64,000 bases of DNA, from assembly GCF_009834535.1 (NCBI RefSeq), contig NC_045701.1, forward strand, positions 73,408,001 to 73,472,000. The letters are read 5' to 3'. Source of the stretch: Camelus ferus. Its lineage: Eukaryota. The position numbers were made by a program, and so were the translations under genes. Every line of letters begins with the position of its first letter. Position 1 is the first letter of the stretch. Positions 52,795 through 63,879 of the stretch are shown here, piece after piece. The notes under the pieces were generated by a model, which saw nothing but the letters and a program-made list of their open reading frames with translations, did no database searches and was not told the origin of the DNA.

Positions 52795-52950
52795 TTTTAT
52801 TCATTCATCCTGTTACTCAATAAGTAAACACAGGCTGAGCCTGTTCTGGGTGCCAGGTGCTTCGGTGGTCGACACTAGGAATGCAGTTCAACAAACATAC
52901 ATAGTTCTGTCCCATAGAGCTGGCAGCTTATACGTAGTAAGAAACCAGAA
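52795..52950 (-). mobile_element. L2 LINE 3' fragment
   Basis: TTTATTCATTCATCC...GAGCCTGTTCTGGGTGCCAGGTGCT...TAGGAATGCAG. Confidence 0.7.
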
Positions 52951-53798
52951 GGAAATAATATTAAAACTCACTTCGGCAGACTGAACAGTTAGACCTTTCT
53001 TTGTTAAAAGAGGTCAATAAAGAATTCCAAACTGCTTTTTCTATCCATTATTAATTCCACCACTTTGGTCACTGTTCATTAGTAAGATTAACTTTGGCTA
53101 CTGAGAATAGGTCAGGGAAATCATTTTTCTGGCTTAAAAAAAGAACTATAGCTGCTGCATGAAATTTGCTTTGAATTTTTTTCCATAATCACAAGTAATT
53201 GGGCATGTCCTATTCGGTTAAAAATAAATATACGAAAGTACATTGATCTACTTTCCTTGATAATGAGTTTTGAAAACCATAGCTATGTTACTTAAACTTA
53301 CTTTTCTTCACTTATTAAAAAGTCCAGAGGGCACAAGTAACGTTTACAGAATATTTCCACATAACAGGACAGAATTATTTAATGAAATTCCTGGACATAT
53401 AGTCTAATTGAAGAATTATAAGCAATTCTCCACTGACTTGGAGCCAGCCAATAAGATGCAAAGTGAATTTCACAGTTATTGTATTGTCTGGGAGGGAATT
53501 TGAGTGAAAGGAAAACTTCCATTCTAGCAGAAGCTGGTGGGATGTCACGGGATGTCACATTTTAAAGATGAGGAATGAGTCTTCTCAAGGTTACCTCTCC
53601 ATGCTGCCTTCTTGCCCCTCAGCCCATTCCCCCGCACCTGCCCCCACACACTCACCTATAGCGCCTTTAGACTCTGCTTCCCTATAGCTGTGGGGGCTTA
53701 TGAGCAAAGCAAATGAAGCTTAGAGGGCCCATGTGCCACTTTTTCCACATTAGAATAAGGAGTTTATGAATGGAAAACTCCCAAACTAATTTCCCTTC

Positions 53799-54229
53799 TG
53801 TATCAGTCAGGCTCCTGGTGGGGAAACTGATGACATAACTCAAATGAGTAGTAGTAGAGTTGACCTATTTACAATGACGTGGGCAGGACAAGTCTGAGGT
53901 TCCAGAAGCCAGTAGGGTGTGACCTTTATTGCTGTTGCTACTGATATACCTAAGGGAGAAGGGCAAGGAAAAGTTACTGGAACCAAGGGAGAGAGCTGTG
54001 GCCATTATTAGGAGAGGGTCTGCACACTTCAGTAGAAAATGCAAGTGCCAGCAACCTCCAAGGACTGGCTGGGAAGGCACCAGGGGGATGGATGCCACAA
54101 CCTCCCCTCCCCTACCTGCCCGCTTCCTGCCAGTGCCTCCCCCTCGGAGCAGCCCAGAAAGGTGAGGGTTCCAGAGAGCAGGCTAGGGTGGAGAAGGAGT
54201 CCCAAGGGCCAAGCAGAGTATCAAGTACA
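53799..54229 (-). mobile_element. LTR33-like ERVL solo LTR
   Basis: TG...CA termini (TGTATCAGTCAGG ... TCAAGTACA); minus strand has CTCCACCCT and GGAGGCACTGGCAGGA as in LTR33; flanks CCCTTC/CCCTTT resemble a TSD. Confidence 0.7.
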
Positions 54230-55849
54230 CCCTTTCTGTAATGAGGAACATGTATGCATTATGCCTGTGGTGCGTGTGCTCACAAGAAAGTTCTCACTGC
54301 CTTCAAGGAAGTTTGTAGACAGTGTTCATTTAATATTCATAAAACCTTTTTGAAACGAGCATTGTTAGTACGTGACGTAACAGAGATTAATGTAAATGTG
54401 TTCACAGACACCTGCCTTACTCCAGCTCACCAGCTCATCTCCCTCCCTTTTCATCTTTTCTAAAGTGGAGGGAGCCTTTTGTGCTGGCAGAGAGACGCCA
54501 TTGGTCTAAATAGTGAGTAAGTGAGTGAGGGTACCAGTGAGTGAAGTGGGAAGGAGCGGAAAGACACAGGCTGGACATGGAGTGGGAGTTTCTCAGCAGT
54601 CTTAGGAGCTAAGGCACTACAGCAATTTAAGACCATGTGGGAAGTAGCGGTGGGAAAACGGGGGGCAAACGTGTGGGGTTACTTTTAATGCCTTTCAGGA
54701 AACTTGAGTGAAGGATGTCGTTACTTTTAACATTCCTGTTGGTTATTGGACTGCGCTTTTGAAGAGACAGTGCAGAGACCACCCGGTTTCTGCGTTGACT
54801 AGGGTTGCAACCACTTCATATTTATTTAAATTGAGAATTAAAATGGTGAAGTGTCTGGCCTAGGATCGCACCCGCAGGAAGTGCAGAGCTGTCACTGCAG
54901 CCCAGGTCTGTTGATTTCCAGATCCATCAGTCTCCACTCAGCTTTGGCTGACTTGACTTTTGCTGGATTTGTTGAGTGATAATGCCTTCTGGAGGAAGGA
55001 TTCCTTTTAATACATGGTGAGGCTATGGTACACCCCTTCATCGCTGGGCAGATTTGTCCTTTATACACCCTGTGTGAGGGGCCTAGGCTAGTGATGGTCA
55101 CGTGTCCTTGAGCCATTCTGATGAATGGTTGCATGATGAAATTTTGCTTGCTTTATTTATTTTTTTATAATGTCAGTGCATCCTGTAGAGTAAGAACTGG
55201 ACTACCATTTCTTCAGTCCATTAGTCACAACATTGTTATTTTAAGAATGTTGTTCTAGTGATTTCTACTTGCTCTTAAAGCCCTGTTTGAATCTAGTGCA
55301 GATTTTTGTGTTGTATGTCTCCTGTGACCCACCTCCACTTTGTCTCATTCACAGCCTGTCATAATCAGAAAGCATTTATTAATCAGGCACTTTTGTATAT
55401 TAAAAAAATAATCAGATTGAGTTTTGTTCCTGGGATATGAAAGACAGATTAAAGAGAACACCAGTGCAGGCAGGCAGGTAGGAACTGCTGACAGCGGCAT
55501 GTCCTGTGGGTGTATGTCCTGTGAGCTTTTTCACCCTTCTGTCCCCATCAGCTTAGTAACCCTTCTAACTCCCTGCCTGAGGCCAAAATCACAGACATTT
55601 CCCCTGCTGCTCACCTTTCTGATTCTGCTGGGATTGCTCTGTATTAGATTTCTTGTTAAGACTTATCTCCTTATGCAGCTTGAATCTGCAGCACTGTATT
55701 TTCCTGCTGGTTCTAGATACAGGATTTTTTTTAAAACATTTGATTACATAGTGATAGAAATGACTGTCCACATTCAGCATCATTCTAAAGCAAAAATGAG
55801 TTTATTTTCCTTAATCCAAGATATGTTAATGTCTTATTGCAGTTGATGG

Positions 55850-56096
55850 AGTGGTTAAGGGAACGGACTTTAAAATCAAATAGCCTGTATCTGAATTCTA
55901 GCTCAACCATTAACTAGCTGTGGGATCTTGGACAAGTCACTGGGACTCTCTGGGCCTCAGTTTTCTCATCTGTACAAGAGGGACAATGTTAGTATTTATT
56001 TCCTAGAGTTGTTATGAAGATTTATAAGTTAATAAATAGTATTTAGTATCTGACACATAGCAGACAGCCAAGTAAGTGCTGGCTGCTGTTATTATT
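55850..56096 (+). mobile_element. MIR SINE, near full length
   Basis: GTGGTTAAG...ACTAGCTGTGGGATCTTGGACAAGTCACT...GCCTCAGTTTTCTCATCTGTA...GACACATAG...TGTTATTATT. Confidence 0.9.
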
Positions 56097-56184
56097 TACC
56101 CCTGACCCAACGTGATGATGTAAGCTTAATATTATTTTTAGTTAAGATTTATGTTCGGTTAAGATTTCAGTTAAGATTTACCTG

Positions 56185-56310
56185 GCACAGTTAAACTGCC
56201 TTGGACTTTAGTGTCAGGAAGTCTTGGTTCAAGTTACAGTTCCTTTACTGCTAGGTATGTGAACCTTGTCAGGTTAGTTGAATTTTAGTAATACTGATTT
56301 TCATAGTCAT
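56185..56310 (+). mobile_element. MIR SINE 5' fragment
   Basis: TGGACTTTAGTGTCAGGAAGTCTTGGTTCAAGT...TAGGTATGTGAACCTTG. Confidence 0.6.
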
Positions 56311-56952
56311 AAAATAGGATAGTAATATATGTATATCTTTAGAAGGTTGACATGTGGCATAATATGAAGTCTGGCATATGCAAATTGGATAAACATAAAA
56401 TACATGTGTGAGAAGTACATAACCAGGTTTTGACTCATAGAAAGCATTCATTAGATGTGGCTATTATTTTTAGAAGAAAGTATCAGTAATGTTAGTAATA
56501 AGACAAAATCACAAAAAATGGAAAAGGAGAGAGTTTCATGTTCTGCAAAAGAAGTGTTGATTAAAAAGTCTTAGATTTAAATCTGCAGAAGAGGCTAAAG
56601 TCAAGTTGTTTTGAAATGATTTTACCCACCAAACAAATTGCATGTAATACGCGATGATTGCATTATCCTCCCATTAAGACACTTACTGTCAAATCAGTGA
56701 CGTTTACTTGGACTGCTCTGCATGTGTTGCAGTAACAGTCCACCACTCATTTCTCCAAATTTCTGCGATGTCATTGGCAGTTTAAGAGAGCATCAGATCA
56801 GCATGTGCTAAAGAGCACTCCTGTGCTGACTTTGCATAATTCTAGTTCAGAAGCAAAGAGTCTTGACAGTTTAGACAGTTAGTTTGGTCTTATTATCAAT
56901 GCACATAAGATATATCTCAGGCTATCTGAAAACTGAATTTAGATTTCCAACT

Positions 56953-57330
56953 TTTATTAGCTACGGTAAGCATTAACTATATAAACAGACCCCCAAATCT
57001 CAGCAAACTAGCCAAAAAGAAGAGTTTTGGTTTAGTTTTAGTTTTGCTCATTTACAAGTAGTCCAAGCAGCTAGGATGAGGGGAAAGGGAAGTGAGGTTC
57101 TGTTCCACGCAGTCATGCAGGACCCGAGCTGACAGAGGCTCTGCCCTCCTCCACGTAGGGCTTCCAAGGTGGTCGTAGGTGTCAGAAATACCTACAGTGG
57201 CAGACATCACTTTTGGTCACATTTCATTGGCCTGAAGTTAGTCACAAGGTCTCACCTAGTTGCAAAGGGAGCCGGGAAATACAGTCTCTGTCTGACATTG
57301 TTTTGTTGAACAGCTCAACCCTGTGGCAGT
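56953..57330 (-). mobile_element. MaLR solo LTR, MLT1J-like
   Basis: TTCCACGCAGTCATGCAGGACCCGAGCTGACAGAGGCTCTGCC...ACATCACTTTTGGTCACATTTCATTGGCC...AGTCACAAGG...GCAAAGGGAGCCGGGAAAT. Confidence 0.8.
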
Positions 57331-58349
57331 GAATGATCTCTGCCACGCCCTTATTACAGCAGAGTTGTAACAGTAGGGTTAGTACCATTTTTCTCTCTCC
57401 TCTTCCTTAATCCCGACTGAAGACAAATACAAAGAAGGAAGATCACTGGATTGTTTGTGCTTATTTAGAATCAGAACCTTATTTCACCTGTCATGGTGCC
57501 TCTGGTGCCTGACTCAGAGCTTAGCATGTATTCAGTATTTAATTAAGTATTCCTTGAGCCATCAGATGAACGCATACTCCCCACTGTCTTGCCTCCATCT
57601 GCCTTTCTTTCTCCTTTCCTTTCTTCCCTTGGAGCTCTTTCTCTCTCTCTCTTTTTCTGGTCCCAGACATTTCAGAGGCTGTATTTTCTGCTAGGCGCTC
57701 TGATAAGTGATGGGGCGTCAAAAGACAAATTTAATCTTGGGGAAAAGGCGTATCAAAACAAGAATAAAGAGGAAGACGTTGATGTAGGGTATTAGTAAAC
57801 ATTCCAAAACTGTTGTTTTCATGAAAGCATTTAACAGTCTTTGGAAGAACTGAAGCGTCCTTTTGAGCTCACCTGTCAGACATGGAAATGCCATTCTAGG
57901 AAGTTTACCCGCAGCTCCATCTTTAACCTGTGCCCATGAGACCCTGGCCTTGACAGAATGCTGCCGTTTGGGCCCAGACTGTGGGATCCTGCACAGGTGA
58001 GAACACTTCTGCTTCGGGATGACAGCCCTCTCATGTTTTGCTGGGGATTGTAATGTAACCTGTGACCTATGTGTGGTAAAGTGGACCTTCTAGTGGTGGG
58101 GATTGTTTAGGTTTGTTTCTCACGGAGTTTCTAGTTTTCCTATATGGCTCTTGGTGTCTTTCTGGAATTTAATATGCTCCAATCCTACCTGCATCCCAGC
58201 TGTCTTCTTTCTGATGGTGATGGAGTGAGGGCTCCGGCCACCATAGGCACCAGCAGCTATGGTGTGGCACCACATGAGTCACATCACAGGTGTTACTTCT
58301 CTTACTCCTCGCATCAGCCCTGTCAGCTAAGTCTTACTGCACGTGTTTA

Positions 58350-58465
58350 GAGATCTGGGGGCTTATGTTCAGGTAGGTTCGGTGGATGGTCTGAGGTCAT
58401 CCGTCTCAGAAAGGAACAGAGCTGGAGTCCAAACACAGATGTGCCTGACCCAAAGCCTGTGCACC
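58350..58465 (-). mobile_element. MIR SINE 5' fragment
   Basis: CAGAGCTGGAGTCCAAACACAGATGTGCCTGACCCAAAGCCTGTGC. Confidence 0.6.
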
Positions 58466-58619
58466 CAAACACTCCGGCTGATCATTTGCTTGGTCTGTTA
58501 AGGGTGAAAGGTTATTTTATCTTTTTTCTAGAAAGAGAGATTTGCACAGATGTTCTAGTAACTTTTTCAAAATGTAGGATGAGGACTAAAACGTTGAGTG
58601 TGTGGGCACCTGTGCTTTT

Positions 58620-58775
58620 AGCCCAGGGTCCATGAACCCCAGGGTGTTTCTGAATGTGCTCTAGGAATTCCAGGGACCTTTTAAATTTAGGATATTGGAT
58701 TATCATGAAAATTGGGTCTATAGGTTATTAGATTTTCAAGGCCTGTGACATCAGGAAGGTTAAGTACCAGGTTCT
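58620..58775. mobile_element. hAT-Charlie-type MITE remnant
   Basis: GGGTCCATGAACCCC...GGGTCTATAGGTTATTAGATTTTCAAGG...GTGAC...AAGGTTAAGTACCAG resembles short Charlie elements; subfamily uncertain. Confidence 0.5.
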
Positions 58776-59526
58776 CTTTCCAGACATGCAAAGATATGCT
58801 TGTTTGATTAAAGGCTAATTCCCTAATTCCAAAGATAATGGTAAGGAGTAGATTACCCCCTCCCCCATGAGTGCGTCTTCACAGAAACTACATGGACTCA
58901 GAATATGAGTCAAAAAATTTTTTTTAAGTAGGGTTTATAGCAAACTCCTGGCCCCTCTGGAGCCTGGGAAGAAGACGGGCTTGGCATTAACAAAGAGGAG
59001 AGGAGGATTCACAGCTTCTTGCTATTCAGGCTCATTGGAGGAGGAGGTGCTGTGGGGGGCAGTTATTTCCTATCTGCATGTCCTGTGGGAACTGGGGACA
59101 GGTTCTCGCTGTGGTGGCCGAGAGCTCTGCCGAGGGTCTCAGGTGGTGTACCTGCAGTGCCTGGAATTGGAGGGACCTCCTGTTGCCTCTGGCTTCCTGG
59201 GAGATAGGACCTTCAGGTCTTTCTTGTTTGTGAGGTCAGCTGGGTGTGGTCCTGACTCTCGTTTCTTGGCGTTCAGTAGTAGGCAGACCAGGGCTCAGCA
59301 GCCAGTAGTCCCCGGAGAGCCAGCCTTGCACTGATGTTTCAGAGGAGCGTTCATGCCTAAATTCCAGCCGCTTCGTACAGTCAACAATCAGCTCTTTAGC
59401 TCAGGCTCTGGTTAATTTAGGGAACAAAAGAATCATGATTCACCACAAAGTGTTGGATGCAGGGGAGCCCAAGACCCCAAAGGAGATTTCCTGGGACCCT
59501 TATAATCAAGAGAATTCGTTTTTCAG

Positions 59527-59572
59527 TTGATAGCAAGTTATTGAATTTGAGTGTCCAGCAATAGCTTTGCAG
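59527..59572 (+). other. Candidate 46-nt non-coding exon
   Basis: Acceptor AATTCGTTTTTCAG| and donor CAG|GTAAGC; stops in all three frames. Confidence 0.2.
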
Positions 59573-60144
59573 GTAAGCTGGGTGAAATGTGGACATTAAG
59601 TGTTTCTTAATATAAGACATACTTCCTGACATTTAAAAACTTACGGTTGCTCAATATAGTTAATAACAACCTGAGAACAACACAAAACTGGTCGTTAACA
59701 AATGTTAAATGGCATTTTGAGTTAGTACAGTTCAAAGGGGCAAAGTTTTAGAACAGCATTTTTCCTATTTCCAGGAACAGTGAGTTTTCCTTTTCTTTGA
59801 AGGCATAGGGAAGTTCTCAGCAAGGTGTTACTTTTTCTATTTCTTACTTTCTTCCCAAATCACAATCTAGTTTTCTTCATATTGCTCTTTATTGGAATCC
59901 ATAAAGTTTTCCAAGATTATTCTCAGGCATACTTTTGTGAAGAACATTAAATCTTTATGAATCAGATTTTTAAAATATTTTGTAATGTAACTACACAACC
60001 AGGCATAAGAAAGTACCTGGTAACATCACTGTTGCAAAAGCCAGATCCCTGAGGGAGCCTGCAGCTTAGTGAGAAGAACCACACACACGCCAGATTTGGA
60101 ACCAGAAAAACAATGCTCATGTGGATTGTCTGCCTGTTGTCACT

Positions 60145-60310
60145 CATGTCACCTTGAACAAATCATTTAACTTCTCAGCATGTGCTTTCTCGTCTGTGAG
60201 ACGGGGGAGATACCTGATTTTGTAAGGCTATTGGTTATGTCAGTCGGAATCACACTTACGAAAGTACCTTAAAAATGGTGAAGTATGATGGAAATGTTAG
60301 TTTTATTATC
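60145..60310 (+). mobile_element. MIR SINE
   Basis: ACCTTGAACAAATCATTTAACTTCTC...TTTCTCGTCTGTGAGACGGGG...AAATGTTAGTTTTATTAT. Confidence 0.75.
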
Positions 60311-60784
60311 TAAGTCATATTCAGAGATGCAGGAGGACTAGTTTATTTTTTCCAGTTTTAGAATCCGATTTTCGCATAACAAATTTCACTTTTTATGATG
60401 TTTAATGTGACAAGCAAAAGATCCTGTTCAAAAAGGAAGGATAAATAAGATTAACTTCCCGTAAATCCTTTAAAAGTTTTATTATCCATCTTTTCATTGG
60501 GGAAATGTCTGAATGCATTTTCCTTCGTGGAGCCTCTTTCTGTAAGCACCCGTTGAGCAGCTGAGAGCAGTTTGCTTTCAGAGAAGCACTGTGCTGGGTG
60601 TGCAGTTTGAATCTGGGATCAGGATCTTATCATATTTTTCTGTTTTATTGCTTTACTTCACCAGCTGCATCCTGGCTCCTGACACAATCTGTGGCTAGCC
60701 CTTTTGATGGTTTTTGGAATGACTGTCACTCCACTTCTGAATATTTCCCCAATATTTTGCTGTTGCAGTGCAGGAGTTGCAATG

Positions 60785-60925
60785 ATACTCATTCATTCAC
60801 TCAACACACGTTTAAAGAGTACATGCTCTGAGTACTGAGCTCGGAGAACCTAGTGGAATCACTGATACAGAAGACAAATCCCTGACCTGCAGTAGAGATA
60901 TGAAACACATGCCCCTTATACAACA
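60785..60925 (-). mobile_element. L2 LINE 3' fragment adjoining MLT1C
   Basis: CATTCATTCACTCAACACACGTTT...AAGACAAATCCCTGACCTGCAG. Confidence 0.65.
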
Positions 60926-60927
60926 AG

Positions 60928-61364
60928 TGTAGGGAGTTGAATGGTGCCCCCCCCAGAAAAGATATGTCCCCCAGAACCCACGAATGTGAGTTCATTTGAA
61001 ATAAGGATCTTTGCAGCTGTAATTAAATTAAGGATCTTGGGCTGAGAGCATCCTGAGTTATCTAGGTGGGCCCTAAATCCAATGAAGAGTGGCCTTCCTT
61101 CCATGAGAAATAGACACATGGGAGACCATGTGAATATGGAAGCAGAGATTGAAAATAGTGCAACTACAAGAAATGCTGATGGACACCAGACATGTGAAAA
61201 GGCAAAGATCAGAGTGCTCCCTGGAGCCTTCAGAGGGAGAGTGGCCCTGCTGGCTTCTTGATTTTAGACTTCTGGTCTCCAGAACCGCGAGAGAATAAAT
61301 TTGTGTCATTTTAAGCCACCAAATGTGCGGCAATTGATCATGGCTGCCCTGGGAGTCTAATACA
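60928..61364 (+). mobile_element. MLT1C MaLR solo LTR, full length
   Basis: TGTAGGGAGTTGAATGGTGCCCCCC...GGGCCCTAAATCCAATG...GGAGCCTTCAGAGGGAG...GACTTCTGGTCTCCAGAACCGCGAGAGAATAAATTT...TTTAAGCCAC...GGCTGCCCTGGGAGTCTAATACA. Confidence 0.92.
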
Positions 61365-62374
61365 ATCAGGAACAGGATAGTCTATACAATATGTAAGATG
61401 ACGCAAGATGACAAGAGTTCACTTCTTATTGGAAGGATGGTCTTTATAATCAGGCCAGAAGCACTGAATTATGAAAACATCATTGGTACCATCAGTTATA
61501 TTTGCAATAATAACATTGCAAATAACAAAGCTGAGCACAAATTATTTCCTATAACTTTAGTTTTATGTCAACATCCAGTGTTTAAGTTGCTATCTCATGA
61601 AATGAATGCCATTGTCTAATGGAACAGTGTTCTTCAGACAGGAGAACTCCCTGCCCACATCGAGCTGCGACATAACAGAATCACAGACAGAACTGATTTC
61701 TGTGTTCTCATGGCCTCTTCCTAACTTATCAGACAAGAAATGTGTGTAAACTTGAGATAGCTCTTGCAGACACAGTTCTAACACTACTGAAAGCTCACAG
61801 AAGGGCAGGTCCTACCTTATAGATCCTATGGATGTGATTAGAGAGAGCAGGTCAAGAAATCTGGATGAAGTGGCTTCTCAACTCATAAGCCAAAAAACAA
61901 TGAAAATTATCTTTAGGCACCCATAATTTTCATCTCATAGGTTAGGGCATTTTGGAGCAAAGTGAGTGTTGTTTGTTGGTGCTGCTTATAGGATTTGAGT
62001 GGTGATGTCAGTTAATCAATTATTGAAGCCACTGAGGCAGCACCATTCTCCTTAATCAACATGTGGTCACTGTTCCCTTTCATTCCCAAAATAGCTGAGA
62101 GTAAGGCACTAACTTTAATGAGCAGTGCAGGTAACTTTTATGTACCATGAAGGTGTCAAATAATAACATTTACATTCATTAGTTTTGACTGGCTTAGTTG
62201 ATGGTGACTCCAGAGGATAACCCAGTGACAGAAGATTTCTGGCCCCAGAAGATACAGGGCAGTGGGGGTTTTGTGGGGGGTTGCCCTATCTGTGTTAATA
62301 TTAATACAACAGCACTAATGACAACTTCTTGGTTGTGCCGGGGCAAACGTTTCCCATGTACTTACTCCTCCAGT

Positions 62375-62540
62375 CTTTGTAACAATCAGGAAGTAGGTAT
62401 ATGATATTGTCCATATTTATTTCACTAATGAGATAACTGAAGCTTAGAGTGTTAAGCCTTTTGTTCAGGGTCAGACTCTAGACGTGGGCAGAGCCAGGAT
62501 TTGAGCCCAGGCAGGATGGTTCTGGCATCCGTACTCTTAG
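62375..62540 (-). mobile_element. MIR SINE
   Basis: ATGAGATAACTGAAGCTTAGAG...GGCAGAGCCAGGATTTGAGCCCAGGC. Confidence 0.8.
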
Positions 62541-63150
62541 GCAGTACTCGTGAGTAGAGGTGATCTGCTGAAGAATTCGTAAGTGTCTGGAATATGAGTC
62601 ATGTCTCCAGTGATCTCAGGGAACTGACTGTAAATCCATGGAATGAGAAATGAGTATCCCACGCTTCCTTGTCTTGAAGCTGAGGGACCATCTCGCAAGG
62701 GTTAACCGAATAATCAGGCAGAATGAGAGATTCATTACATTTGCTGCAAAGGAACACAGATGGACGCTCTTCAAACAGAGATTCACATTGAATTTTAATG
62801 GTGCTCTTCTGCAGAACACACTTTTGCAAGACAGATCATAGCATATTCATGCTTCCCTTTAGCTTGCCAAATGTGAGAAGATTAAGAAACCTGCTTGTAC
62901 TTTAGACATTCTCACCATATAGATGCATATTTCAAATGTATATGTCTGCAATAAATATTTGTTGAATGAATATGAATGTCTATACACAAACATATATGAA
63001 GCAACATGAACACATACATTTAACTTGACAAATATTTGTTGCATACTTACTGAATATAAACTTGGACTGAAGAGTGGTGGGAATCACAGATTTATCTTCT
63101 GCTCCAAGGAGCTTTTCAAGGGAGGTGAGACATGCTTACCGTTTTTTTGG

Positions 63151-63339
63151 CAGTGGTTCTCAAAGTGTAGTCTCTGGCCAGCAGCAGTGACATCACTGGG
63201 GGGCTTGTCAGAAATGCAACTTTTTTTCACCCCACCAAAGACCTCCTGAATCAGAACACGGTGGATGGGGGTCCAGACGTTTATGCTTCTAGGTGTCCTC
63301 CAGGGGAGTTGGATGCACGTTAACGTGTCAGAACCCCTG
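63151..63339 (+). mobile_element. MER5A hAT-Charlie MITE, full length
   Basis: CAGTGGTTCTCAAAGTGT...CCAGCAGCA...TTGTCAGAAATGCA...CTGAATCAGAA...CCTCCAGGGGAGTTGGATGCACGT...AGAACCCCTG. Confidence 0.9.
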
Positions 63340-63409
63340 GGCTGCAGGGAGGCTTTAATGTGCTAAGGGTAGCTAGCGATTACTTTCGGCTGGTGACATT
63401 TGGAGGGCT

Positions 63410-63660
63410 TGGGAAAAGAAGGTGGTGTCTGAGCAGAATCGTGGAGGACAAGTAGATTTTGGCTGATAGAAATGGGCAAAAGAGGGAATAATATCAAAGA
63501 GAAGAGCATGAGTCATAATTAGCTTCTTTGGGTCAGAGAGCAGGTTGGTTATGGCTGAAAACCTGGATGGAAGTCGGGTCATGGAAGACTCTGAACGACT
63601 TGCATGAGTTTAGACGTTATTCTGAAAGCAATGGGGATTCATTGATGGATTGAAGGTTCC
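63410..63660 (-). mobile_element. L2 LINE fragment
   Basis: GGTCATGGAAGACTCTG...GAGTTTAGACGTTATTCTGAAAGCAATGGGGATTCATTGA. Confidence 0.7.
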
Positions 63661-63879
63661 TAAGTGGTGCCTGAGTGGGGGCCCGACGTGTGATCCCAGT
63701 ACTTTCCTGGTTTTTTTTTTTTTTTTTTAAGTACCCAGTGAATGTAATTCAGCGGATGTACTGAGCTAACAGAAATTCAGTTTTAATTCAATCTTTTTTC
63801 TCCCGTTAAGAACACTTAAACACTAAGAATTATTTCTGCGTCCTGGCTGGAGCCACGACAATCTCAGTTCTTTCTTGAC

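Noticed and set aside
52967-52979. CTCACTTCGGCAG resembling the U6 snRNA 5' end
   Set aside because: Only about 12 nt match and no further U6 sequence follows
55424-55846. Longest ORF in the track (140 aa)
   Set aside because: TTG start, Leu/Phe-rich composition typical of T-rich intronic DNA, no domain recognised
58981-59334. 117-aa ORF
   Set aside because: TTG start, no recognisable homology or splice context; expected by chance in a GC-richer patch
61621-61633. GGAACA-G-TGTTCT resembling a steroid response element
   Set aside because: Spacer is 1 nt, whereas GR/AR/PR/MR elements need 3 nt
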